This document shows, in pieces, positions 12,144 to 24,383 of a stretch of 64,000 bases of DNA; position 1 is the stretch's first letter; each line of letters begins with the position of its first letter. The stretch lies in assembly GCA_951406725.2 (NCBI GenBank), contig OX597822.1, positions 52,638,001 to 52,702,000 of the forward strand, read 5' to 3'. This DNA is from Octopus vulgaris (Eukaryota). The notes beneath the pieces are model-generated. The model worked only from the letters and a program-made list of their open reading frames with translations, did not search any database and had not been told where the DNA came from. The position numbers and the translations under genes are program-made.

Positions 12144-12302
12144 TCTTATATTATAAAGTAGAAGCGGCTCTGTCTGTCTGAATATATATTAAAGGAAGGG
12201 AAAGAAGGGGAGGAATTAAAACATACGTCTACTATTAAAAGATGGTACATGCATGATTAACAAATATTTTTACAAGCAGTGTAGTGACGGGTAAAGACCT
12301 AG
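12144..12302 (+). mobile_element. Small non-autonomous Helitron
   Basis: A|TCTTATATTATAAA start, (TGTC)n, ends ...ACGGG...CTAG|T. Confidence 0.6.
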
Positions 12303-12755
12303 TTTTTCTTTATTTTCAAACTTCATGAAAGGCTGTCAAAGGTACTGTTTCTGTAACTGGGTGGTACACTTAAGCCATCACCCAGTTTTAACACACTACC
12401 TGAATCCAGGGTGCTTCTAACAGACTCCACTCTGTTGCAACCATTTAGGCTGGACCTCCTGTCTAAGCATAACTTTCTCCCCTCCTCCTACCATTCTTGG
12501 AAATGTCATGAAATAAGTCAAGGGTTCTGCCTTTCATCCTCTCAATAAATCACTACAAAGAATGAAAAGAAAAAAACATATTTCATATTATCTGTATTGT
12601 TCATGTTGCTGTAAAAAGCACCATTTATTGCTGTCAATAACAGGAGTGGGTACTCCCAGATGATATCTTACAGTAGTACATGACCACAGGTTTGTAGGAA
12701 AGGGGTAAAGGGAGTATAGTTGATTGAATTAACACCAGTACTGATGAAAGAGATT

Positions 12756-12967
12756 TAACCCTTTAGCATCTTTATTACTTTATCAAATGTTATGCTTCTT
12801 TATTTACGGCATTTTGAATTAATCATGTATTATCTTGTAGCTTCAAGATTTTTTATGGTATGATTATTTATTTTCAGAGTGACATTGTAGGGTAGGTGTA
12901 AGAAGCCAAGTCTGGCAGGGTTGAACTTAAAACAGTTCAATATTTGGGCCAGATATTGGCTGGGTTA
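12756..12967. mobile_element. piggyBac-type MITE (TTAA-CCC...GGG-TTAA)
   Basis: ttaaccctttagc...gggttaa; related inverted fragment at 13085-13257. Confidence 0.55.
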
Positions 12968-13348
12968 AAAGTCAAATCAACCTTACTAGTTTGAACTTAG
13001 TATGTACGAGAGACAAAACTGATTACTAAAAATCATTTTATTTAATCGCTTAAGATAGTTGGCACCTCTCACATGCAGTGTCTTCAGCATTTGGCATTTA
13101 AACCAACATATCCATATCCGGCTTCTCACACCTACCCTGCTATGTTATTCTAAAAATAAACAGTCATGTCATCGACATCTTGAAACTTTGAGATAATGCA
13201 TGAAATATTTAAAATAATATGAATAAATAGTTATTACATTTGACAGAGTAATATGGATCACCCCTCCCCCCAAAAAAACAACATTATCTTAAATTTATCT
13301 ATCGAGTTGTATGCATCTAAGTAAACTGTTGTTTTATTTCTACAAAAG

Positions 13349-13462
13349 CTACATGCCCAACTAGCAGATGAAGCTGTGTGTATAGGGCCAGCACCAACCA
13401 ACCAAAGTTATCTTGACATGGATGCCATTTTGAAAGCTGTCAAAGATACAGGAGCTCAAGCC
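13349..13462 (+). CDS. PCCA: PCCA exon ([28 protein letters not shown]...GAQA)
   Basis: [14 protein letters not shown] motif; aag acceptor, gtaagt donor; 114 nt. Confidence 0.93.
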
Positions 13463-13483
13463 GTAAGTGTTGTCTTGTCTTCC

Positions 13484-14450
13484 TACCTCTATATCTCTCT
13501 CATTTTCTTATACCTATCTCTCTCATTTTCTTGTACCTATCTCTCTCATTTTCTTATACTTATCTCTCTCATTTTCTTATACCTATCTCTCTCATTTTCT
13601 TATCCCTATCTCTCTCATTTTCTTATCCCTATCTCTCTCATTTTCTTATCCCTATCTCTCTCATTTTCTTATCCCTATCTCTCTCATTTTCTTATCCCTA
13701 TCTCTCTCATTTTCTTATACCTATCTCTCTCATTTTCTTATACCTATCTCTCTCATTTTCTTATGCCTATCTCTCTCATTTTCTTATACCTATCTCTCTC
13801 ATTTTCTTATACCTATCTCTCTCATTTTCTTATACCTATCTCTCTCATTTTCTTATACCTATCTCTCTCATTTTCTTATACCTATCTCTCTCATTTTCTT
13901 ATACCTATCTCTCTCATTTTCTTATACCTATCTCTCTCATTTTCTTATACCTATCTCTCTCATTTTTTTATACCTATCTCTCTCATTTTTTTATACCTAT
14001 CTCTCTCATTTTTTTATACCTATCTCTCTCATTTTTTTATACCTATCTCTCTCATTTTTTTATACCTATCTCTCTCATTTTTTTATACCTATCTCTCTCA
14101 TTTTTTTATACCTATCTCTCTCATTTTTTTATACCTATCTCTCTCATTTTTTTATACCTATCTCTCTCATTTTTTTATACCTATCTCTCTCATTTTTTTA
14201 TACCTATCTCTCTCATTTTTTTATACCTATCTCTCTCATTTTCTTATACCTATCTCTCTCATTTTCTTATACCTATCTCTCTCATTTTCTTATACCTATC
14301 TCTCTCATTTTTTTATACCTATCTCTCTCATTTTTTTATACCTATCTCTCTCATTTTTTTATACCTATCTCTCTCATTTTTTTATACCTATCTATCTCAT
14401 TTTCTTATCCCTATCTCTCTCTCATTTTCTTATCCTTATTCATCTCTTTT
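13484..14450. repeat. 23-bp minisatellite (CCTATCTCTCTCATTTTCTTATA)n, about 41 units
   Basis: Period 23 nt read directly; explains the 23-aa periodic ORFs in all three + frames. Confidence 0.97.
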
Positions 14451-14499
14451 TCTTATCTCTATCCATCTCTGACTTATCTTGTCCACGGACAAACAAGAC

Positions 14500-15480
14500 T
14501 GCAAACAATACCTTTGCCATTGCGGATTTTGGCACAAAGCCAGAAATTCTAGTGAGAGGAGTTTAGTTGATACCATTAGCCCTGAAAGGATGAAAAGCAA
14601 AGTTAACCATGACAGTATTTGAACTTGGAATGTAAAGAACTAAAAGAGAAATGTAGTTAACTATTTTGTCCAAAGCTAACAATTCTAGTCCACAACCTTA
14701 AAGGCAAAGTTGACCCTGGTAAAATCTGAAGTCAGGAAGTAAAGAGCTGAAAAAAATATTGCAAGGTATTTTTGCCAATGCTGTAAGGATTCTATCAAAC
14801 AACCACACTTAATGATGTTGATGATGATAATGATATTGGTTTCAAATTTTGGCACAGGGCCAGCAAGTTCAAGGGAGGGGATAAGTTGATTACATTGACT
14901 CCACTATTCAACTGTTATTCTATCAACCCAAGGCGGCAAGCTGGCAGAGACGTTAGCATGCCGGGCGAAATGCTTAGCAGTATTTTGTCTGCCGTTATGT
15001 TCTGAGTTCAAATTCCGCCGAGGTCGACTTTGCCTTTCATCCTTTCGGGGTCGATTAATTAAGTACCAGTTACGCACTGGGGTCGATATAATTGACTTAA
15101 TCCGTTTGTCTGTCCTTGTTTGTCCCCTCTGTGTTTAGCCCCTTGTGGGTAATAAAGAAATAGGTATTTCGTCTGCCGTTACATTCTGAGTTCAAATTCT
15201 GCCGAGGTCGACTTTGCCTTTCATCCTTTCGGGGTCGATTAATTAAGTACCAGTTACGCACTGATGTCGATATAATCGACTTAATCCGTTTGTCTGTCCT
15301 TGTTTGTCCTCTCTCTGTTTAGCCTCATGTGGGTAGTAAAGAAATAGGTATTTTATCAACCCTGAACGGATGAAAGGCAAAGTGGACCTCAGCAGAATTT
15401 GAACTCAGAACATACAGACGAACAAAATGCCATTAAACTTTTTGTTCAACATGCTAATGATTCTGCCAACTCACTGCTTC
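14500..15480. mobile_element. Nested cluster of family A SINEs (young copy plus partial tandem duplicate at 14932-15347 inside older minus-strand copies)
   Basis: Repeated GAGTTCAAATTCCGCCGAGGTCGAC and its reverse complement; TSD-like tatt(c/t)tatcaaccc. Confidence 0.8.
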
Positions 15481-15579
15481 ATTGGTTTCTGTTGACATGC
15501 ATTTAATAATTATGTTAATGTTTAAAGATTGTAATCAGTTATTGTTGATTAATTTTCGTATTTTTTTATTTTATTTCAG

Positions 15580-15633
15580 GTCCATCCTGGTTATGGCTTT
15601 CTGTCAGAAAATACAGTTTTTGCAGCTAAATTG
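15580..15633 (+). CDS. PCCA: PCCA exon (VHPGYGFLSENTVFAAKL)
   Basis: HPGYGFLSEN signature; tttcag/gtatga; 54 nt. Confidence 0.95.
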
Positions 15634-17286
15634 GTATGACTAAAATTGCTCTCTCTCTCTCTCTTGCTTGCTCTCTCCCTCTGATTGCAGTAACCATGTA
15701 TCTCCTCTACAGCAAGACACCAGTTTCTGTCCCTCTGTCATACTGAATCTAACCTCTCATCTCCTAGCACAAAGCCGCCTCCCTCAATACCAGTTCCCCT
15801 CTCAGTTGGGGGATCTTTGTCTTGCAAGTTACTTGGTGACCTTACCTGTGCTGGTGTCATGTAAAAAGCACTGTCCCCTCTGTAAAGTGGTTTACTGTTA
15901 GGAAGGGCATCCAGCTTTAAAAACCCATGTCAAAACAGACTGGAGTTTGGTGCAATCCTTTGGTTTAGCAGCACATGTAAAACTGTTCAACCTATGCTAG
16001 CATGGATGATGGACATTAAATGATGATGATATGTGTGTGTGTTAATTGAATAAATAATTTAACTTTGCATTCCTTGCAGAGTTTTTACGTGGATGTGGTT
16101 AATTCTGTTTTATTAATAGACATACAATTTTATATATGTATGCACTCACAGAGTGGTTGGTGTTAGGAAGGGCATCCAGCTGTAGAAACACTGCCAGATC
16201 AGACTCGGCCTGGTGCAGCCTCATGGCTTCCCAGACCCCAGTCGAACCGTCCAACCCATGCTAGCATGGAAAGCGGACGTATGACGATGATGGAGCATGT
16301 GTGTGTAATATTGTTAATTTGGCTATGATTGTTTGAAAATTACAATTGTGTGTACACATACATACACATTGTTTATTAAACATATACATAAATTTTTCAT
16401 GCATCACATAGATTGTTTTCTCTCCCAATTATGTTTATCAGATATATGTTTGTGTGTGTCTGTCTAATTATGAATGCTTTTACGCACTACTAGTCCTTAT
16501 GGGAGATCCTTTCAAGATGAATGACAGTATTTTGTAGCCTAACACAAACTCTACATTATGTTGGAGATCCAGATTATCTTTCGGTATTAATACTACTTTT
16601 GTTGCTATTAATTATAGATGTATACACAGACACACAAGTCCATTTCAGCATGCTTTCATGGGTTGTGCAAAGTCTGTATGGCTAGATTCCCTTCTGATTG
16701 CCAACCCAAACCTATTACTAAGTGAAGTAATATTTTCCCAAAGTAAGACATATTTACATGGAAGATCAGAAACCTACAACACCACACGTATGACGGTGAC
16801 ACTTGTTTACAACCATTACCTGCTGTTAAGACAAAGGACACATTTACACTCATACATATATATATTTGCCAGTACCGCCTGACTGGCCCTCGTACCAGTG
16901 GCACGTAAAAGCACCCACTACACTCTCGGAGTGGTTGGCGTTAGGAAGGGCATCCAGCTGTAGAAACTCTGCCAGATCAGATTGGGGCCTGGTGCAACCA
17001 TCTGGTTCGCCAGTCCTCAGTCAAATCGTCCAACCCATGCTAGCATGGAAAGCGGACGTTAAACGATGATGATGATGATAATATATAAACATGTCTGATC
17101 ATGGAGGCTGTATTGGCTTTCTGGGAATCAAGCAAGGGTTGGCAACAGCAAGGGAATCTACCTGTAAAACATCTGCCTCTTTGAATTCTGTCTCATGCAA
17201 GTATGGTAAAAGTAGATGTTAAAACAATGATGATGTTGATGACACACACACGTGTACTTAGATACACACACACAGACAGACAGACA

Positions 17287-17343
<57 letters not shown>

Positions 17344-17859
17344 GTGTATTTGTGAAGTCGTGTGGCCAAGTGGTTAGGGTATTGGTCCCATGATTGTGAG
17401 TTCAATTCCCGACAACTCATTGTGTCCTTGAGCAAGCCACTTTATTTCGTGTTGCTTCTGTCCACTCAGCTGGCAAAAATGATTAGTACATGTATTTCAA
17501 AAATGCCAGCCATGTCACATTCTGAGTAATGCTGAACCTTCCTGAGAACTATGTTAAGGGTACACATGTCTATAGATTGCTCAGACACTTGCATGTTAAT
17601 TTCAGGATCAGGCTGTTCCGTTGATCAGATCAACTGAAACACTTGTCATCGTATCTAACAGAGAGCCATATATATGTTTAAGAAAGCATTATGTTAGTTT
17701 CTAGGATGTGTGTTTTAGTAAAACATGGTGGCTGTAGAAAGGTTGATCTTTCCTTTTTTTTCTTTCCAAATGTTACATAAAATGTGACAAGGTCGGTCCT
17801 TTGAAATACATGTACTACTCATTTTTGCACGCTGAGTGGACTAAAGCAACATGAAAAAT

Positions 17860-18148
17860 GTTTGTTCCTTCTTGAACCACGCCTGGCTCATAAGGGCCGG
17901 TTTCCTGGTTTCCTTGGTGTATAGGTTCCCCACCTGGACGGGACACCGGTCTGTCGCAGGTGAGCTGCAAGATGCAGGAGAAAGTTGTGGCGAAACAGTC
18001 AGCAGAAGTTCACTATTACCTTCTGCCGGAGCCGCGTGGAGCTTAGGTGTTTCGTTCGTAAACACACATATCACCTGGTCTGAGATTCGAACCCACAATC
18101 CCTCAGCTGCGAGTCAGCTGCTCTAACCACTAAGCCATTATGCCTCCA
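17860..18148 (-). mobile_element. tRNA-derived SINE, same family as 11168-11436
   Basis: Aligns by eye with 11168-11436; A and B boxes on minus. Confidence 0.8.
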
Positions 18149-19039
18149 CAACATGAAATATATCAACTTGGAATTAAATTTGTCATTCACTCTATTAGAC
18201 TTCAGTAATTTGATGCATCTCTTGCAGTATTTAAGCACCATCCTTATCTTCATTTTAATACCAACTTTTCCATGCATACATGGGTTAGATGGCATTTATT
18301 TAGGTAGATTTTTTCTGTGGTCAGATACCCTTCCGTTCACTGACCCTCACCTGTTTTCAAGCAAGGTAATGTAATATTTCATCATGGTTTGACTTGTTTT
18401 GCAGAGTCCATATCACACTGCATGTGTGATATGGACACCCATTCACATATATGTGATGGAATCTCCCGTCGGTTTTGACGTATGAGGATCCAACAACCTA
18501 CACTTTGTCAGTCATTATGCTTTTGTCAAATGTGACATTTGAGTCCTGCCAATGATTTGCAAAGAAGCCCACAGATGTTGCATGTATGGGAGTTATGGGT
18601 CAGTGCAGGCAGTATATTTGCAGCTTCTTTTCACCTTAGCCTTGCACCCCTATGCCTATTAATGTTGGTTGAAACAAAGTCTCCTATACCATTTTCATGT
18701 GATCTGTGCCGGTGGCACGTAAAAAGCACCCACTACACTCTTGGAGTGGTTGGCGTTAGGAAGGACATCCAGCTGTAGAAACACTGCCAAATCAAGATTG
18801 GAGCCTGGTGCAACCATCTGGTTCGCCAGCCCTCAGTCAAAATCGTCCAACCCATGCTATCAGAGCCATGGTAACATGTAACCTAGTACAGCCTTTTGCA
18901 TATTTGGGTCATTGGCGACTAAACTGGCAACCCCTCTAAGCTTGCTTGGTGATGAGGGTGATTGGACACCCTGCAGGATGTAAAATAGAACCTGTCAACT
19001 CATGAGTAGCCAACACCTATCCAACAACTATATATATAT

Positions 19040-19665
19040 GTGTGTGTGACCGCGTGTGTATTGTTGGTGATTTTTTTTTTTTTTACCTCCGTCTTCCTTG
19101 GATCTTTCCTTTTCCTATGTTTTTGACAAAGAGCTCCGCTCGAAATGTTAAATCCTCCTTCCTTCTTTCTTTCCTTTCCTGAGCGTCCAATAACACTATA
19201 CTTGTTCCTTCCACATCCTCGCGTTGTTGTGTTTTCATGTTTGGATTAACTATATCATCATCATTTAATGTCCGCTTTCCATGCTAGCATGGGTTGGACG
19301 GTTCAACTGGGGTCTGTGAAGCCAGAAGGCTGCTTCAGGCCCAGTCTGATCTGGCAGTGTTTCTACGGCTGGATGCCCTTCCTAACGCCAACCACTCCGT
19401 GAGTGTAGTGGGTGCTTTTTACGTGCCACCCGCACAGGTGCCAGACTGAGCTAGCAGACGGCCATATATATATATATATAGTTAATCCAAACATGAAAAC
19501 ACAACAACGCGAGGAAGTATAGTATTATTGGACGTTCAGGAAAGAAGGAGGGTTTAACGTTTTGAGCGGAGCTCTTCGTTAGAAACATAGGAAAAGGAAA
19601 GATCCAAAGAAGGGAAGACGGAGGAAAAAAAAATTGCCAACGGTACACACGCAGTCACACACACA
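19040..19665. mobile_element. Inverted pair of Penelope-like pseudo-LTRs, each with a decayed hammerhead motif, separated by a family C repeat
   Basis: 19040-19255 is the reverse complement of 19475-19665; combined consensus CTGACGA-A-GAGC-TCC-GCTC-GAAACGTTA. Confidence 0.7.
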
Positions 19666-19873
19666 CACACACACAATGGGTTTCTATCAGTTTCTGTTTA
19701 GTGAAACCACTCGCAAGGCTTTGGTTGGCTCCGGGCAATAGTGGAGGACTCTTGCCCAAGGTCTGCTCAGTGGGACTGAGCAAAAGCATTTGGTTGGGAA
19801 GCAAACTTCTTAACCACACATCTACCCCTGATATGAGTTAATATTTATAAACCATTCTGTGGTTTCCTTTTAG

Positions 19874-20042
19874 GATGAAATGGGTGTTGCCTTCATTGGT
19901 CCAAACAGTGCCTCTATCCAGTCTATGGGTGATAAAATTGAGAGTAAACGCATTGCAGGTGATGCTCAGGTAAACCTCATTCCTGGGTTTGATGGTGAAG
20001 TCCAAGACGTTGAGCATTGTGTGCAACTTGCTAATGAAATTG
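19874..20042 (+). CDS. PCCA: PCCA exon ([10 protein letters not shown]...MGDKIESK...IPGFDG...ANEI-G)
   Basis: FIGP, MGDK and IPG motifs; ttttag/gtatgt; 169 nt. Confidence 0.95.
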
Positions 20043-20471
20043 GTATGTTTCTCTCTCTCTATTAAAGTCTCTTTTTTCTTTCCATCTTTCTACCTATATT
20101 TATCAGTCTGCCTATGTTCCTACCTTTATATCTGTATGACTATTTGTCATGCTATTTCTCTACCCAATCTGTCTAGTTTTCTATTTTATGCATTGGTCTT
20201 TCTCTCTGACTACCTGTAAACCTACCTGTTGGGTTTACATGTCTGCCATATCTATGCATGCTGGTATGTGTATCTGAAACTGTCCTTCCCTGTTTCTCCC
20301 CTTAACTGTTGTTACTTTACACATTTATTTGTCTTTTGTAAAGTTTTGTAAAGAACTCCTGGCCATATGTACAGCAGTCAAATGCCTTCACCTTTTAGCC
20401 ATTTCCTCTAATATTACAAACCATGTCAGAGTTCATCCTTAAATAACAACCGTTTTCACTGTCTATAATAG

Positions 20472-20550
20472 GTTATCCTGTTATGATCAAGGCCTCAGCT
20501 GGAGGTGGTGGAAAAGGGATGAGAATTGCCAGAAGTGATAAAGAAGCAAG
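20472..20550 (+). CDS. PCCA: PCCA exon, ATP-grasp glycine loop ([19 protein letters not shown])
   Basis: [12 protein letters not shown] signature; phases fit both neighbours; 79 nt. Confidence 0.95.
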
Positions 20551-20599
20551 GTAACAGTTTGATCTAAGATTTCAAATTTCAATATCGATGTTTTAGCTC

Positions 20600-23270
20600 T
20601 GGCTGTTTTTTCCTGGTGAGTGGCAGAATCATTACAGCTTAGATTTTATTCTAACTCTTTAAATTCTGAGTTCAAATCCTGGTGTTCTGCCTTTCATCCT
20701 GTTATAGTCAATAAAATGAGAACCATTAGAACGCTGGCATCAATGTAATCGACTAACGTCCTCCCCTTAAAATTGCTGGCCTTGTACCAATATTTGAAAC
20801 CTTTATTATTATTATTATTATTGACTTTGCCTTTCATCCTTTCAGGGTTGATAAAATGAGTACCAGATGAGTGCTGGGGGTCGATGTAATTGAGTATCTC
20901 CCTCAATTGACTTACCCACTTCACTCAAAATTGCTGGCTTTGTGCCAAAATTAGAAAGAATTGGGATGGCAGAACTGTTAGCATTCCAGACAAAATGTTT
21001 AGTGGCATTTCTTAAGACTCTTTATATTCTGAGTTCAAATCCTGCTGAGGTCAACTTTGCCTTTCATCCTCTATGTGTGTGTGGGTGTGTAGGTGTTTGG
21101 GGTGCAATAAAATAAAGTACCAGTCTTTTTACTAGGGTTGATGGTATCCACTTATCTCCTCCTCTTAAAATTTCTAGCTTTGTGCCTGAATTAGAAGCCA
21201 TGATTATTGTTGTTATTTTTATTATTATAATTAAGATGGTTAGAGATTTCTTCATGCCTTTTTAAATCTCATCACTGACTTGGAACATAAAGAGCTGGAA
21301 CAACAACAATGATAGTAGTAGTAGTAATGCTAATAGTAATAATGAAAATAATAATAATTATCCTTTCTAATATAGACACAAGGCATGAAGTTTTGAGGGG
21401 GGAGCTAATTGAGTACAGCATCCCTAGTAATCAAGTGACTGACACTTATATTATCAATGTGAAAGGATGAAGGGCAAAATCAACCTTGACATAATCTAAG
21501 CTTAGATTGTAAAGAAGGACGAAATGTCAGTAAGCATTTTGTCTGACATGCTAACAATTCTGCTAGCTTACCATCAGCAACAGCAGCATCACCATCATCA
21601 TCATCATCATCATCATCAACAGCAGCAGCAGCTTCATCTTCATCATAATAATAATACAGGCCAACAATTTCAGGGTAGGGGCTGAGTTGATTACATTGAC
21701 CCCAGTGCTTAGCTGGCTCTTATTTTATCAACCCCAAAAGGATGAAAGACAAAGTTGACCTTTGTGGAATTTAAACACAGAACATAAAGACAGATGAAAT
21801 GTTATGTTAATGATTCTGAAAGAATAATAATCGTTTCTAACATAGACACAAAACCAGAAATGTAACAGGGTGGAGGCTAATTGATTACATTGGTCTCAGT
21901 ACATGACTGTTACTTTATTTTATTACCCCTAAGAGATGAAAAGCAAAGTTAATCTTGGCAAGATTTGAACTCAGAACATAAAGAGCCAGAATAAATACTG
22001 TGAGGTATTTTGTCTGATGTAATGATTTTGCCAGTGTTAATATAGTGCTTATATAGGCACAAGACGGGAAACTGTTGGGAGGCATTGGTCAATTACATGA
22101 ATCCCTGTACTTGATTGGTATTTTATTTTGTAGACCCTGGAGAGATGAAGGGCATAATTGATCTTGCTGGGATTTGAACACAGAATGAAGAGAACCAGAG
22201 AAATACTGCAAGGCATTTTGTCTGATGTAATGATTCTGTTAACAAAAGTAGCAATAATGTTTCTAATATATACGCACAAGGCTTCAGAATATGTAACAGG
22301 AGTTTAGTAAATACCATCCACTATAGTACTTGACTGAAAATTTTAATATCTCAATTTATAAGGGGGGAAATTCAAAGTTAACTGTTGCATGATTTAAACT
22401 TGGATTGTAAAGAAAACAAAACACTTCAAGGCATTTTGTCTAATGGACTAAGAATTCTGCTAATCCACCTCATCATCGTTTAACGTCCGCTTTCCATGCT
22501 AGCATGGGTTGGATGATTTGCAGTCTGGCAAACCAGACTGCAATCTGATCTAACAGAATTTCTACAGCTGGATGCCTTTCCTAACACCAACCACTCCAAG
22601 AGTGTAGTGGGTGCTTTTATGTGCCACTGGCACGAGGGCCAGATAGGTGGTACTGGTTCTTTTTATGTGCCACCTGCACAGGAGCCGGTCCAGCTGCACT
22701 GGCAACGACCTCGCTCAAATGTTTTTTTTCAGGTGCCACCAGCACAAGTGCTAGTAAGGCAACGCAGATAACGATCACGTTCAAATGGTGTTTAACGATA
22801 ATAATAATGGTTTCAAATTTTGGCACAAGGCCAGAAATTTCAAGGAGAGAATAAGTCAATCACATCATCCCTTGTGTTCAACTGGTTCCTATTTCATTGA
22901 CTCTGAAGAGATGAAAGGCAAAGTCGACCTCAGCTGCGTTTGAACTCAGAACATAAAGTCAGGAGAAATGCTGCTAAGCATTTTGTCTGGTCTGGTAACC
23001 ATTCTGCCAGCTCACTGCCTTTATTATTAATAGTAATGATTATTACTGTTTCAAATTTTTGCACAAGGCCAGCAGTATTGGGGGAAGAAGAAAGCTGATC
23101 ACATCAATCACAGTGCTTAACTGGAAGTAATTTTATTGACCCCAAAACGATGAAAGGCAAAGTCAACCCCAGTGACATTTGAACTCAATGTAAAGACGGA
23201 TGAAATGCTGGTAAGCATTTTGCCTAGCATGCTGACAATTTTGCCAGCTTGTTGCCTTTATTATTATTAT
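20600..23270. mobile_element. Dense array of old family A SINE copies in both orientations
   Basis: About 10 degenerate ggatgaaaggcaaagtcgacc / tttgaactcagaa motifs separated by (AAT)n or (CAT)n tails. Confidence 0.8.
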
Positions 23271-24280
23271 TATTATCAATAATGATAATAATAATAATAT
23301 TGATGCCATTTTAGTCAACGATGACTCACTGATTACACCAATGAAGGATGAGCCCCTGTATGGTCGCTCAACCTGCTAGAAATAGCCACCAAATATCCTT
23401 CAATCACTGTTAACTGGCTTAAATAAGAAAGGGCATAATTACATGATGTTTTTGATACCTTAAAAATACAGAAAGGTCATGGGTTGGAATGCTGGTTGTT
23501 CAATGGGGATTGACCTAGGGTTAAACCACAAATGTTTAAAAATATAAAAGGTATGGGTAATTTGTTGCAGTCAGGCTGTATGAGGCCCTTAAGATGTATT
23601 ATTTAGCACTTATAAAGTCGTAATTATGAGTTGTTTAATGACTTTTTACAGACACTTTTTGTGATGTAATCATTAGGTCTTTCATGATTTACTAAGTATA
23701 ATATATTGTGTACTCTGTGCTATAAATGGAGTTTGTTAAATTGTTTTTAGTGGTGTGGACAGATTTATGATGGTGATAAAGGTGCTGGTATAGTTGTGTT
23801 AAGTTCTTTTCACAGCTTTGTGGTTTCTGGTTCAATCCCATTGCAAGGCATCTTAAACAAATGTCTTCTATGTATTCTAGCCTCAGATGGACTAATGCCT
23901 TGTGTGGGAAATTTGGGAGACTGAATGGAAGTGTGAAGGTTTTCACATTGGCATCTGTGGTGATGCTTTTTATGTCTCCTTATGAGCAAAAATCCAGCTG
24001 TTTAATAGTTTGACATATGAAGACTTGGGATTCACTTGAAAAAGAAATATGGGATAATGTGAGGAAGCACATCCTTCTGTAAAATACAGCCTCCATCAGT
24101 TTCCTCCAGCCCATGACATGGGAAAAAAATGGATTTAGAAGTAACAATGATGATGGTGGTGATAAATTCTTAAAGCTTCCTGCTAAAAAAAATGTTGCCC
24201 CTACCTGATTTAAAACAGATTGCAGATGTTCTGTGACAACAATGTTGAATACCTGATGTTTCCCACTTGGTTCATTATAG

Positions 24281-24383
24281 AGATGCATTCCGTTTGTCTA
24301 CGCAAGAAGCTGCTGCCAGTTTTGGTGATGACCGAATGCTCATAGAAAAATTTATCGACAATCCACGCCACATTGAGATTCAG
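24281..24383 (+). CDS. PCCA: PCCA exon ([34 protein letters not shown])
   Basis: [13 protein letters not shown] motif; ttatag/gtaaga; 103 nt. Confidence 0.95.

Noticed and set aside
13484-14450. CRISPR-like array
   Set aside because: Head-to-tail units without unique spacers; eukaryotic intron; no cas genes.
13376-14566. Three long ORFs (396, 361 and 313 aa) as novel membrane proteins
   Set aside because: They are translations of a stop-free 23-bp minisatellite; only 13349-13462 is real coding sequence.
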